A DNA stretch of 64,000 nucleotides from an uncultured bacterium (GTDB lineage: Bacteria; Actinomycetota; Acidimicrobiia; Spongiisociales; UBA5794). The notes under the pieces were generated by a model that made no database searches, was not told the DNA's origin, and was given only the letters and a program-made list of their open reading frames with translations. The stretch is from positions 96,001 through 160,000 of the forward strand of contig CAWDDT010000009.1 of NCBI GenBank assembly GCA_963801165.1. The letters run 5' to 3'. A program made the translations under genes and the position numbers. Below, one piece after another: positions 7,966 to 17,052 of the stretch (positions within the stretch are counted from its first letter, which is position 1; each line of letters opens with the position of its first letter).

Positions 7966-8673
7966 CTAGCTCCCGGTGTCGGGCGGTGTTATCTCGACCG
8001 GCTTGCCAAACTCGGAGAACTCGATGAGCCAGTCGGTCGTTTGACCCTCGAAAACTGTGGGAAGTTCCGCTTCTCGCACATACCCCGTCTCGGGGTCGAT
8101 CCACATGTCGAGCTCGACGGGTTGCTTGTCGATCAGTCCGGCGAGGATAAGCGCTACCCGGTCCTCGTCGGCGGTGGCCCGGATGTGGTAGCGCGGCGCC
8201 CCGTTGTGATCTTCCGCGCCGATCCACACGACGTCGCTGAGACCCTCGGCGAGCAGGGGTCGCCAGCCCTCCTCCGGGTCGAACAGCGTCGCCGGGTCGA
8301 ACTCGTATCCCGCGGGCGCTTCTTCCCAGTCACCGGAAATAGGGTTGGTCAGCCAGGTCTGACCGTTGATGGCGATCGCCCCGATCTGGGCGTTGATGTT
8401 GCCGACCGCGAGCGTCACCACCGCGTCGGCGGAGCTCGGTGCGGCGAATTGGCCCTCGGCGAGCTTGAAGTTGAGGGTGTCCAGCGGGTCGATGTAGACG
8501 GGAGCTCCGCTTCTCTCGATCTTGAACCTGACGTAGTCGATGGTTCCCATCGCCTGGGCGGCGGCGTCGAGCACCGGCCCCGGTTCGGGGGGGAGTGTGG
8601 TCGCCGGTGCCGCCCCACCGCACGACGAGGCGAAGAGAGTGGCCGCAACCAGAAGACGCCACGCGGTTTTCAT
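7966..8673 (-). CDS. LppX/LprAFG family lipoprotein (LprG-like)
   Basis: Lipobox LFASS-C, FDPATLFDPEEG, G.E..NG...YHIRA, C-terminal FSEFGKPVEITPP; directly upstream of the P55-like MFS. Confidence 0.8.
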   Translation of the reverse strand: MKTAWRLLVAATLFASSCGGAAPATTLPPEPGPVLDAAAQAMGTIDYVRFKIERSGAPVYIDPLDTLNFKLAEGQFAAPSSADAVVTLAVGNINAQIGAIAINGQTWLTNPISGDWEEAPAGYEFDPATLFDPEEGWRPLLAEGLSDVVWIGAEDHNGAPRYHIRATADEDRVALILAGLIDKQPVELDMWIDPETGYVREAELPTVFEGQTTDWLIEFSEFGKPVEITPPDTGS

Positions 8674-8756
8674 GGCGTCACCCTAACCGACCAACGTTCT
8701 TGCGGATATCCGTCGCCCTCTGCTGTTGTGGCGGTCGATTGAGCGAGAATAGAGGG

Positions 8757-9269
8757 ATGATAACCCCCGTGAACATCCGTGCGGCGGACGCTGCCGACGT
8801 CGGCGCTCTGGCGTCTGTGCAGCTCAACAGCGCCCTGGCCGCATTCGCCCACATCTTCCCGGCCGCGATGCCAAAGCCGACCCGGATCGGATTGGAGAAG
8901 GAGTGGCTGGCGAGGCTCGCCGATCCCGAGCAAACCGTGCTCGTTGCCGAGACCGAGGACAGCCAGGCCGGGGTCGTCGCCTACGGGCTGACCCCCGAAG
9001 TGGCCATTGCCGGTGGCATCCTGACCAAGCTGTACGTCGCGCCGGAGCACGAAGGGCGCGGTATCGGGTCGAGGTTGCACGACGAGGCGGTCGCCGGTCT
9101 CCGTGTCTCGGGCTGTACCAGCGCACACTTGTGGGTACTAGAACGCAACATCGCGGCGAGGCGGATGTATCTGCGACGGGGATGGAAGCTACAGCCGCGG
9201 TCCAAGAACCTGTGGCCGGGGAGTGGGATCCTGGAGCTGTGCTACATCCTGGATCTGGTCGGCTGCTGA
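8757..9269 (+). CDS. GNAT family N-acetyltransferase
   Basis: LYVAPEHEGRGIGSRL motif A and LWVLERNIAARRMY motif B. Confidence 0.85.
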   Translation: MITPVNIRAADAADVGALASVQLNSALAAFAHIFPAAMPKPTRIGLEKEWLARLADPEQTVLVAETEDSQAGVVAYGLTPEVAIAGGILTKLYVAPEHEGRGIGSRLHDEAVAGLRVSGCTSAHLWVLERNIAARRMYLRRGWKLQPRSKNLWPGSGILELCYILDLVGC

Positions 9270-9359
9270 ATACCTGGGAGACACACGCGATGACGTGGTT
9301 GACAACACTGGGCGCCGGCGGGGTTGCCCCCAACGCCGGTCGCGCAACGGCTGGATGAT

Positions 9360-9596
9360 CTATTCGTCCTCGACGTACCGATCGATGTGCTCGTGGATCC
9401 ACTCCATGACACCGATTTCCAGACCACGTAACACCCTGACAACGGCCAGATCGTACGCGATTCGGTCATCGCTGTGGTTCTCTGGAGCGTGTGCATTCAT
9501 CCGGTACGTCTTTCCGGATAGCTCCAACGCTCCTGTCGCATCGACGCCGGCGTCGGTCTCCTCCAACTCGATCGAGATCGCAATTGCCTCGCTCAT
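9360..9596 (-). CDS. Small protein, possibly DUF1876/Rv2632c-like
   Basis: AGGAGG RBS; beta-rich N-terminus, then D.RIAYDLAVVRVL helix. Confidence 0.5.
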   Translation of the reverse strand: MSEAIAISIELEETDAGVDATGALELSGKTYRMNAHAPENHSDDRIAYDLAVVRVLRGLEIGVMEWIHEHIDRYVEDE

Positions 9597-9686
9597 GCGA
9601 GCCTCCTGTCGCGTAGGTATCCACAATCATCGGTTGCCGGACCCCGTGTGTTTAGTGCCGTATGGCACGAGTTCCGCGCTGGCCGG

Positions 9687-9878
9687 CTACCGGTCGTCAC
9701 GGTCCCCGGTCCGGCCCCCGACCCCGGACAGCACTCCGATCCCGAGGGCGATGAGCAGGAGCGGCCAGAGCGTTGTCGGGGACAGTTCGTAGAGGCCGAG
9801 CGCCTCGAGCAAGAACATCACCCCCAATGCGAGGAAGACGATGCCGGATACAAGCGTGCGACGCTGGCTCGGTGTCAT
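9687..9878 (-). CDS. Small membrane protein (LiaF-TM/DUF5668-like)
   Basis: G..F..LG..FLL and LWPLLLIALG; ATGA coupling with the upstream gene. Confidence 0.7.
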   Translation of the reverse strand: MTPSQRRTLVSGIVFLALGVMFLLEALGLYELSPTTLWPLLLIALGIGVLSGVGGRTGDRDDR

Positions 9879-10516
9879 CGGTATACCTCTACCTTTCCGA
9901 CTCCGACCCGTGCGTCGATGATCAACCGGTTGGACGCCTCCGCGAAGCCCGGATCGACTGCCTGCTGCTCGATGCTGACCCCATCCTGGAGGGAGTCGAG
10001 CAAAACCAACTCACCCGCCGCCGCCCTGCCGTCGATGGACACGGCGACGTCCGGGCCGATCCCGTCGATGACGATCCTCCCAAAGGTGACGCCCACGGAG
10101 AGTTGAGTCTCCCCGGCCGGGAAAACCACGTCGTCAAGGTGGAGAAGCAACTCCCCGGCGACCAGGTGGTAGTCGGCATCGAGCGTCTCGATCGTCGGCT
10201 GGTAGCTGCGATTCCCGACACCGCCCGAAAGCGGGACGGAAAACGCGGCGCTGAATGTGCTCATCAGCGCCAGGATGATCGACAGTGCGATGCCCGCACC
10301 GAACAAACCTTCCGGGCGATCCTCACGGTTTGAGGCCGCGACCATGACGATCCCGACAATGGCGAGAACGGCCGCAATGAGGGCTCGCCACGGAACGTCG
10401 GCGATGTCGAGAGCGCCAAGCAGCCACCCGGAGCCAACCACGACGAGGATGGCTCCCCAGACCAGCGGTCCGTAGGCGATGGTCCGGGCGTGCTCGGGCG
10501 AGTACGGATCTCTCAT
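9875..10516 (-). CDS. LiaF/DUF2154-like cell-envelope stress protein
   Basis: N-terminal TMs plus C-terminal beta domain (GELLLHL, FGRIVI, VGVGKVEV). Confidence 0.7.
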   Translation of the reverse strand: MRDPYSPEHARTIAYGPLVWGAILVVVGSGWLLGALDIADVPWRALIAAVLAIVGIVMVAASNREDRPEGLFGAGIALSIILALMSTFSAAFSVPLSGGVGNRSYQPTIETLDADYHLVAGELLLHLDDVVFPAGETQLSVGVTFGRIVIDGIGPDVAVSIDGRAAAGELVLLDSLQDGVSIEQQAVDPGFAEASNRLIIDARVGVGKVEVYR

Positions 10517-10920
10517 TTCTTCAGCGAGTAGATGATCACCCCGGTGCCTGCCGCGATCAGTACGGCCGGGAGCCAGAGATCCTTCATCCAGGGCAGGTAC
10601 CTATTGGCCAGCATCGACGTGCCCCCGAGGATGAGCAGACCGCCCAGGATGATCTTGCCGTTGTCACCTGTCGAGACGGCCCGCACCCGGGTTGCCGTGT
10701 CGTTGTCGGCTTCCGGGATCGCGATCCAGGCAATGATGTAGAGGGGCACGCCCGGGCCGAGGAATAGCAGGACGAGCCAGGCGAGCCGCACCCATGCCGG
10801 GTCGATGTTGAGGTAGGCCGCCATGCCACCGGCGACGCCGGCCACCATCCGATCGCCCCGACTCCGGGTCAGCCGCGCCGGCTGGGTCGGTTGTTGGGTC
10901 ACTTCAGCCTCCCTGGACAC
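10513..10920 (-). CDS. PspC domain-containing membrane protein
   Basis: LTRSRGDRMVAGVAGGMAAYLNIDPAWVRL...LYIIAWIAIPE. Confidence 0.9.
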   Translation of the reverse strand: MSREAEVTQQPTQPARLTRSRGDRMVAGVAGGMAAYLNIDPAWVRLAWLVLLFLGPGVPLYIIAWIAIPEADNDTATRVRAVSTGDNGKIILGGLLILGGTSMLANRYLPWMKDLWLPAVLIAAGTGVIIYSLKK

Positions 10921-10935
10921 ACGAAGTCGCAGCGC

Positions 10936-11154
10936 CTACCGGACCGTGAATGCCAGCTTCACGTCGGCCTTGTACTGGACGACCTTGCCGTCGCTGACCC
11001 GGGCGCTGAAATGCTGTACCTCGACACCGGTGATGCCGCTGATGCTCTCCGCCGCCTTCGTAACGGCGTTGGATACCGCCGCCTCGAAGCTCTCCGCTGA
11101 GATGCCGATGACTTCGATGACTTTGACCGCACCCGAATCGATGAAGTCACCCAT
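10936..11154 (-). CDS. Dodecin family flavin-binding protein
   Basis: KVIEVIGISAESFEAAVSNAV...DGKVVQYKADVKLAF; GAAGGA RBS before ATG 11154. Confidence 0.9.
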   Translation of the reverse strand: MGDFIDSGAVKVIEVIGISAESFEAAVSNAVTKAAESISGITGVEVQHFSARVSDGKVVQYKADVKLAFTVR

Positions 11155-11245
11155 TGTGTTCCTTCCGGTAGCTCGAAGCCCGATGCTACTCGGCCGTTGG
11201 TGCGGAGAATCGGGCTGAATTCCGGCAGCGGTTAGCCTTGCGTTC

Positions 11246-11656
11246 GTGACCACCGGCATTGACTTCACGGGACGCCACCGAGGTCTCCCCCGCTGGGTCG
11301 GGGGGATCCTCGCCTTTGCTTACCCGCTCATTCTGGTGGCCGGTGCACTCAGTGTCGGATTCAGCCGAACGGGCGACATGGCCGACCTGGCCGCGTCGGT
11401 GCTGGCGGTGGGGTTGTTCCTCATCGCAGCACCGACGGCCTGGGTGTTCACCGCAGACTTCATCGTGGCCGGCCGGCTGTTGATCGTGACCTCGGCGCTC
11501 GTCACGTCGCTGCCGTTGTGGTACCTCGTCGGCTCCCGGCTCGCCTTTGCCGCAAACGGTTGGCTCGCCTGGCTGAGGCACTACATCATCATCTGCATCG
11601 TCTGGAGCGTTATCAACGTTCTGGTGTTCGTCCTGATCGGCTCTATCGCCGGCTGA
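11246..11656 (+). CDS. Hypothetical 4-TM membrane protein
   Basis: Hydrophobic ORF filling the gap; TAGCCT-N7-GTG leaderless-type start. Confidence 0.65.
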   Translation: MTTGIDFTGRHRGLPRWVGGILAFAYPLILVAGALSVGFSRTGDMADLAASVLAVGLFLIAAPTAWVFTADFIVAGRLLIVTSALVTSLPLWYLVGSRLAFAANGWLAWLRHYIIICIVWSVINVLVFVLIGSIAG

Positions 11657-11659
11657 CGG

Positions 11660-12112
11660 TCAGCCCACGCCGAGCTTGCTCACCATCGCATAGATCGTGA
11701 GTGCGACGAGGGCGGTGTCGAGGTAGCCCCACATCGCCAACCTGCTCTGGACGGCAGCGGCGCCCTGCTCGTCTCCGCTCTCGTGGAGATCGGCCGCCTT
11801 GCGGCCCAGCGGGCCGAAAATACGGGCGCCTAGCACGCCGCCGACGATGACGGTGATGATCCCGAGGGCTACGAAGAACTGCTCGAACTGGTACTGGGGC
11901 TCACGAAACACCATCCAGAACCCGGTGATCAGAGCAACTACGGCCGCGGGCGTGTAGAGGACGACACCCATACGCACGGTCTGCCGCATCCATGCGGCCG
12001 CGGGTGCGCCTCCGGTCTTCTGCATGATCGGGTTGACGACGATCTGTGTGGCGTTGGCGCCGAGCCAGGTGGCGGCGGCGAGGATGTGGATGAAGAGCAG
12101 TACGTTGTGCAC
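11660..12112 (-). CDS. DUF2269-like membrane protein
   Basis: LLFIHILAAATWLG N-terminus, four TMs, C-terminal MVSK. Confidence 0.65.
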   Translation of the reverse strand: MHNVLLFIHILAAATWLGANATQIVVNPIMQKTGGAPAAAWMRQTVRMGVVLYTPAAVVALITGFWMVFREPQYQFEQFFVALGIITVIVGGVLGARIFGPLGRKAADLHESGDEQGAAAVQSRLAMWGYLDTALVALTIYAMVSKLGVG

Positions 12113-12183
12113 CTGAGTCTCCGGTGGTGGTTTGCGGTCGGGCCCGTCAGCCTACGGCAAATCGACAGCCACGCAGCCGCCTG

Positions 12184-12693
12184 TCAGCTCTCGCGCCAGA
12201 TCGTTTCCGGCGGCGAGTCCCCGAACGCAGCGAGGGTGACCCAACCAAGAGTCTTGCCCGTCCAGGAGCGCCATCTGCCGGGGGTGATCTCGATGCATAC
12301 GTCGTCGAGATCGTCCCACAACCCGTTGACCACCGGCAGGGCCTCGTCTATGACGTACTTGGCCCGCAATCGGTGGTTGATTTGATTGGCGGTGTCGCCG
12401 GTGAGGATTCGCGTCGTTCCCGATGCGGTCGCCATGAGATGCGTGCCCGTCGCTGCTGCCCCGTCCACGATGAATGAGATGGTCGGGTTGGCGGCGACGT
12501 TCTTCGCCTTGCGTGTCGACGATCTGGTCTCCCAGTAGATCTTGCCGGACTCGAACAGGAAGAGCACGTAGGCGAGATGGATCGACCCGTCCGGATTGAG
12601 AGTTGCCACCACCCCGTTGATCGACTGGCCGAGAACGTCGTCGATCTCCTCCTGGGTTGGGCGTGCGGTATAGATCTCACTTGCGACTGACAT
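12184..12693 (-). CDS. Pyridoxamine 5'-phosphate oxidase family (possibly F420-dependent) protein
   Basis: VATLNPDGSIH, RKAKNVAANPTISFIVD, LRAKY, ITP..WRSW. Confidence 0.85.
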   Translation of the reverse strand: MSVASEIYTARPTQEEIDDVLGQSINGVVATLNPDGSIHLAYVLFLFESGKIYWETRSSTRKAKNVAANPTISFIVDGAAATGTHLMATASGTTRILTGDTANQINHRLRAKYVIDEALPVVNGLWDDLDDVCIEITPGRWRSWTGKTLGWVTLAAFGDSPPETIWRES

Positions 12694-12762
12694 GGTTCCC
12701 CTCCTCGGATACCCGGCCGACCCTACCCGACCATCGTCGGTTAGGACCCTGAAATATCCCTG

Positions 12763-12793
12763 TTGACTCTCGAGTAGCTGGAGACTGCATACT
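12763..12793 (+). promoter_or_regulatory. MerR-type promoter TTGACT-N19-CATACT with dyad operator
   Basis: Exact 19-nt spacer containing the dyad TCTCgAGtagCTgGAGA, upstream of a MerR gene. Confidence 0.85.
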
Positions 12794-12838
12794 GGGTCCG
12801 AAGGCCTTCACGAGACAAGAAGGAAGCGGAGGTGGTTC

Positions 12839-13651
12839 GTGCATCGGATAGGTGAGTTCTCAAAGCTGAGCCGCGTGCCCGTATCGGCTCTGCGCTACTA
12901 CGGCGACCTGGGGCTTTTGCCCGCGGCGGTCATCGACCGGGAGTCCGGATACCGGTATTACACGGCCGCACAGCTGCCCCGGCTCAACCGGATCCTCGCA
13001 TTGAAGGATCTCGGGCTCTCGCTCGATGAGATCGCATCGATCCTCAATGACGAGCTCACCGCCGAGGAGTTACGCGGGATGCTTCGGTTGAAGCGTGCCG
13101 AGATCGGCCAGGCCGTGGCCGACCAGCAAGCTCGGCTGACCCGGGTCGAGAATCGGCTCCGCCTGATCGAGAGGGAAGGAACCATGCCAGATCAGGAGAT
13201 CGTCCTCAGGGAGGTCGAACCTACCCATGTTCTCTTCCTACGTGAGACCCTGCAAGGCGTCGACCGGATCCCGGCCATGATCCAGGACGGATATATCGGC
13301 CTCATGTCGAACGGAGTCAACCCGACCGCACCGGCGTTCTCCGTCTACCACGATCCCGAGTTCAAGCCCGAGGAATTCGATCACGAGATTGCCTACCCGG
13401 TCCCCGATGGGACTCCGCCGTTGGAGACGCCGGCCGGCCGCAAGTTCAGCGAGCGGGTCGTCCCCGGCGGCACGCACGCGATTCTCGTCCATCGGGGGCC
13501 CTACGAGGAGATGGACGAAGCCTATGGGCGGATCGGGCAGTGGATCTCGGACAACGGTCTGCAGATCGCCGGCCCTCCCCAGGAGGCATATTTGACCGCA
13601 CCCGACGACCCCGCCGGGCCGATCACCGAGATCCGTTGGCCGGTGGCCTAG
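12839..13651 (+). CDS. MerR family regulator with GyrI-like effector domain (BmrR-like)
   Basis: IGEFSKLSRV...LRYY..LGLL...SGYRYY; C-terminal HRGPYEEM..AY, GPPQEAYL. Confidence 0.9.
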   Translation: MHRIGEFSKLSRVPVSALRYYGDLGLLPAAVIDRESGYRYYTAAQLPRLNRILALKDLGLSLDEIASILNDELTAEELRGMLRLKRAEIGQAVADQQARLTRVENRLRLIEREGTMPDQEIVLREVEPTHVLFLRETLQGVDRIPAMIQDGYIGLMSNGVNPTAPAFSVYHDPEFKPEEFDHEIAYPVPDGTPPLETPAGRKFSERVVPGGTHAILVHRGPYEEMDEAYGRIGQWISDNGLQIAGPPQEAYLTAPDDPAGPITEIRWPVA

Positions 13652-13660
13652 CCGCCTCTA

Positions 13661-13696
13661 GCGTCGCAAACCGGAACATATTCCGGTTTGCGACGC
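13661..13696. repeat. Perfect 16-bp inverted repeat (REP-like hairpin)
   Basis: gcgtcgcaaaccggaa-cata-ttccggtttgcgacgc. Confidence 0.8.
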
Positions 13697-13715
13697 CAAA
13701 GCGAAAGGAGCAACG

Positions 13716-14324
13716 ATGGCGAGCATCGACCTCAAGAAGGTCTACAAGGAGTCGTACACCGCCCGGGTAGGCGAGCCGGCACTGGTGAAGCTGCTGCCCC
13801 GGAGGTTTCTCATGATCGACGGCGCAGGTGATCCGAACACAGCTTCGGAATACGCTGATGCGGTTGCCGCCCTGTACCCGATCGCCTATGCGTTGCGCGC
13901 CACGATCAAGGCCGAGACAGGAGACGCCTACACGGTGATGCCACTCGAGGGTTTGTGGTGGGCAGACGATATGGACACCTTCTCCCAGGGTCGCAAAGGC
14001 GACTGGAGGTGGACGGCGATGATCGCGGTGCCTGAGGTGGCAACGCCTGCGGGCGCGGCCGGTGTCATTGCCGAAACCACGAGCGAGAGGGGCCTGGTCG
14101 CCGGCCGGAGGGTCCGCTTCGAAGTGCTCGACGAAGGGATGTCGGCCCAGGTGATGCACGTCGGTCCCTATACGGCAGAGATGCCGACGATTGATATGCT
14201 GCACCGGTACATCGCCGGGCAGGGGTTGACGCTTCGTGGCCACCACCACGAGATCTATCTCAGTGATCCCCGCCGCACTGCTCCCGAGAAGCTGAAGACG
14301 ATCATCCGCCAGCCCGCCGCCTGA
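13716..14324 (+). CDS. GyrI-like domain protein (Lin2189-like)
   Basis: FLMIDGAGDPN, VMPLEGLWW, HVGPY, HHEIYLSDPRR..PEKLKTIIRQP. Confidence 0.9.
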   Translation: MASIDLKKVYKESYTARVGEPALVKLLPRRFLMIDGAGDPNTASEYADAVAALYPIAYALRATIKAETGDAYTVMPLEGLWWADDMDTFSQGRKGDWRWTAMIAVPEVATPAGAAGVIAETTSERGLVAGRRVRFEVLDEGMSAQVMHVGPYTAEMPTIDMLHRYIAGQGLTLRGHHHEIYLSDPRRTAPEKLKTIIRQPAA

Positions 14325-14344
14325 TACGGCCTCTTCTTTGGGGG

Positions 14345-15124
14345 TCAGCGACGGCGGCCGACCACCCAGGCCGCCAGGAGCCAGGACAGGCAGGTCCAGA
14401 TGGCGAGAACCAGCCAGGAGGTAGCAACGGAGTCGACGAGACCTGTGCTCAGCCCCGCCCGGATCACGTTGGCCATGTGATAGAACGGCAGGACGCGGTG
14501 CACCGCCGCCCACCAACCGGGGAACTGATTGATCGGCACCACGATCGGGGAGAACATCAACGCCAGGAAGATGATCAGGTTCGTGACCAGATTGGTGAGG
14601 CGCGGTTCGGGGATAGCGTGGGCGAACGAGAACCCGACCGATGTCGCCATCAACGATGTGAGCAGGATCGCCGGGACGATCGACCAGGAGATATCGAGCG
14701 TCACCGCATAGCGGATGTGGGCAATCCACAGCGAGACGATGGTGCCCGGGATCGCCAGCGTCGTGAACAGGGTGAATGTCGCTGCGGCCGAGGCCAGCCG
14801 CGGGACAGGCAACGACCACACGAAGTCGTAGGTGTCTTTGATCTTGTGGTTCATGATCGCACCGGGAACCATGACGAACCCGACCGGGATCAGTGCCAGC
14901 GCCGGGATGCCAGTGACGATGAAGGTCCTGGCCACATTGGAGATGTCCCCGAAGTAGAAGCCGTACATGTAGGCCATGCCGCCACCCATGAGGATCTGGA
15001 CCACGAGAACCAACCCCAGGTATATCCGTAGGTTCACCATCTCGAACCGAAGCATGTTCCCGTACGACGCCAGCCAGTAGCCGACTCCGGAGCGGATCCT
15101 CACCTCAGCTGTGGCCGTCGTCAT
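14345..15124 (-). CDS. ABC-2 type exporter permease
   Basis: True start MTTATAE at an ATGA overlap; six TMs; FSPIVVPINQFPGW, LPFYHMANVIR. Confidence 0.85.
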   Translation of the reverse strand: MTTATAEVRIRSGVGYWLASYGNMLRFEMVNLRIYLGLVLVVQILMGGGMAYMYGFYFGDISNVARTFIVTGIPALALIPVGFVMVPGAIMNHKIKDTYDFVWSLPVPRLASAAATFTLFTTLAIPGTIVSLWIAHIRYAVTLDISWSIVPAILLTSLMATSVGFSFAHAIPEPRLTNLVTNLIIFLALMFSPIVVPINQFPGWWAAVHRVLPFYHMANVIRAGLSTGLVDSVATSWLVLAIWTCLSWLLAAWVVGRRR

Positions 15125-15915
15125 TTCCGCCTCCTCAAGACTGCTGCGCTGACTGCTATCGCCACAACGGACCAAATGGCGAGCACGAGATAGGAGTGGG
15201 CGACGTCGGTGGCGATCCCGTCGACGAGCGAGTCGCGGATGATGTTGGCCATGTGGACAAAAGGTAGATACTGGTGCGTGGTCGCCATCCAGCTCGGCAG
15301 GTTCTCTGCAGGGAAGGCGATGGGCGCAAAGCCGAAGATGACGAAGATGAGTATCTGCGATACCAGCAACGTCACCTCGGGTTTGGGGATGGCATGCGAC
15401 AGCGCATATCCGAGGAGGGTGCCACTGACGATCGTGATCAGCACTGCTGGGACCACCATCGGGGTGATGGCGAAACTCACGTCGAATCGCAGGGCGCCCG
15501 CGACCAATGCGGCCACCATCCCGGGGACCGCGATGATCGCGTTCAATGTCACCCAGGACATCGCGGCGGCGCTTCTCGGAACCGGAAGCGACCACATGAA
15601 GTCGTACGACCCCTCCATCTTCTGTTGGGCAACCAGCTGAGGGCCGACCGCGGCGCCGACCATGATCAAGGTCACGACGGCCGCCCCGGTGACCAGGTAG
15701 GCCGCGACGAGCGGTGGCAGCGATGGTATGAGCAGACCAAAGCCGAGCACGAGACCTGCCCCGCTGATCGCCTGGGCGAACGCGAGGATGGGAATCATGA
15801 GACGGGTGTTTGTCATGTCCCACCGCAGCATTGCCAGGTACGACCGAACCCAGTTGGCAACGCCTCTGCGTTTCATGGGAAGGGGAATGCCGTCGGCGAG
15901 CGATACGGCCGTCAT
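15121..15915 (-). CDS. ABC-2 type exporter permease
   Basis: Paralog of the downstream permease (DFMWSLPVPR, LPFVHMANIIR). Confidence 0.85.
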   Translation of the reverse strand: MTAVSLADGIPLPMKRRGVANWVRSYLAMLRWDMTNTRLMIPILAFAQAISGAGLVLGFGLLIPSLPPLVAAYLVTGAAVVTLIMVGAAVGPQLVAQQKMEGSYDFMWSLPVPRSAAAMSWVTLNAIIAVPGMVAALVAGALRFDVSFAITPMVVPAVLITIVSGTLLGYALSHAIPKPEVTLLVSQILIFVIFGFAPIAFPAENLPSWMATTHQYLPFVHMANIIRDSLVDGIATDVAHSYLVLAIWSVVAIAVSAAVLRRRK

Positions 15916-16913
15916 GTCTCTACCTCAATGGCGGAGGCATGGCCGGTCAGGCGGACATACACGTCCTCGAGGGTGATCGCTCCGAGCGCGTACTCATCGG
16001 CGACACCGAGTTGCATCTGCTCCTGAGCCCAGGCGATGCCGGTTGCCGCCGCGTCCTCGCTGATGACTGTGATCAGGTTGTTGCCGACGCGTGTGTCGTG
16101 GGCCACGAACTCGGGCAGCGACGGGGTGTCGGTCCCCGGGCTCAACATGAGTTGCAGACGGAGATGCTGGCGGTCTTCGGCCTTCAACGAGGACGGAGTC
16201 CCCTCGGCAACCAGCTTTCCCTGGTCGATGATGGCGAGCCGGTCGACGGACTTCTCCGCCTCCATGACGTTGTGTGTCACCAGGAAGACCGCAACCCCGT
16301 CGTGGGCGAGCTTGCGGATCTGCTCCCACATGAGACGGCGGCGGAGCGGATCGACGTCGTTGGTGGGCTCATCGAGGATGACGACCCGTCCGGGCCACAC
16401 CGTCGTCATGATGAAGCCGACCAGCCGGCGCACGCCACCCGACATCTTGGTGCCCAGCGTGTTCCGCCACTCCTCGAGCTCCAGCGCCGCGATCAGCTCG
16501 TCGGTTCGTTCCCTCACGGCCTCAGGCGGGCCGCCGCGGATCGCACCGGTGATGGTGATCGCCTCGTGTGCCTTGAACGAGTCGATCGGCATTTGCGCCT
16601 GCGGCAGATAGGAGCACAGCTGACGGGCCACGTCGGGATCCTCGATGAAGTCGTAAGGACCCAGGGTGATCGACCCGGAAGTCGGCTTGAGCAGACCGAT
16701 GACCTGCTTGACGAGCGTGGTCTTGCCGGCGCCATTGGGGCCGAGCAGCCCGTAGACCTCACCCGGGTGCACCCCGAGGGTGATCCCGTCGTTTGCGAAC
16801 GTCTTGCCGCCGTCGTAGGTCTTGACGACATCGGTCGCCTGAAACGCCGACGAACCGACGTTTCGAGGGGGCGGTGGGGGGGTACTGCCGTTCACTTCGA
16901 TCCTCGTTTTCAA
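15912..16913 (-). CDS. ABC exporter ATP-binding protein
   Basis: GPNGAGKTT, MSGG, ILDEPT, THN. Start uncertain. Confidence 0.9.
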   Translation of the reverse strand: MKTRIEVNGSTPPPPPRNVGSSAFQATDVVKTYDGGKTFANDGITLGVHPGEVYGLLGPNGAGKTTLVKQVIGLLKPTSGSITLGPYDFIEDPDVARQLCSYLPQAQMPIDSFKAHEAITITGAIRGGPPEAVRERTDELIAALELEEWRNTLGTKMSGGVRRLVGFIMTTVWPGRVVILDEPTNDVDPLRRRLMWEQIRKLAHDGVAVFLVTHNVMEAEKSVDRLAIIDQGKLVAEGTPSSLKAEDRQHLRLQLMLSPGTDTPSLPEFVAHDTRVGNNLITVISEDAAATGIAWAQEQMQLGVADEYALGAITLEDVYVRLTGHASAIEVET

Positions 16914-16928
16914 TCCTCGACACTATGG

Positions 16929-16967
16929 TGACGTCACAATGATGTCATAGCGATGTCCCCTTGTCAA
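16929..16967 (-). promoter_or_regulatory. Sigma70-like promoter TTGACA-N17-CATCAT overlapped by three GA(T/C)GTC repeats at 11-bp phasing
   Basis: Plus strand gacgtca / gatgtca / gatgtcc, with GTC at 16933, 16944 and 16955. Confidence 0.55.
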
Positions 16968-17052
16968 TTGGTGTCTCGTTCTTGCGTCCGGAATGGCTCG
17001 ATATGGCGGGTTTGGATGCCGGCGATGACCGCTGCGCGGTTGCCGGGCGCAA

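Noticed and set aside
14345-15823. 492-aa ORF suggesting a long permease
   Set aside because: The N-terminal half is an off-frame read through the upstream permease; the real start is at the ATGA overlap at 15124.
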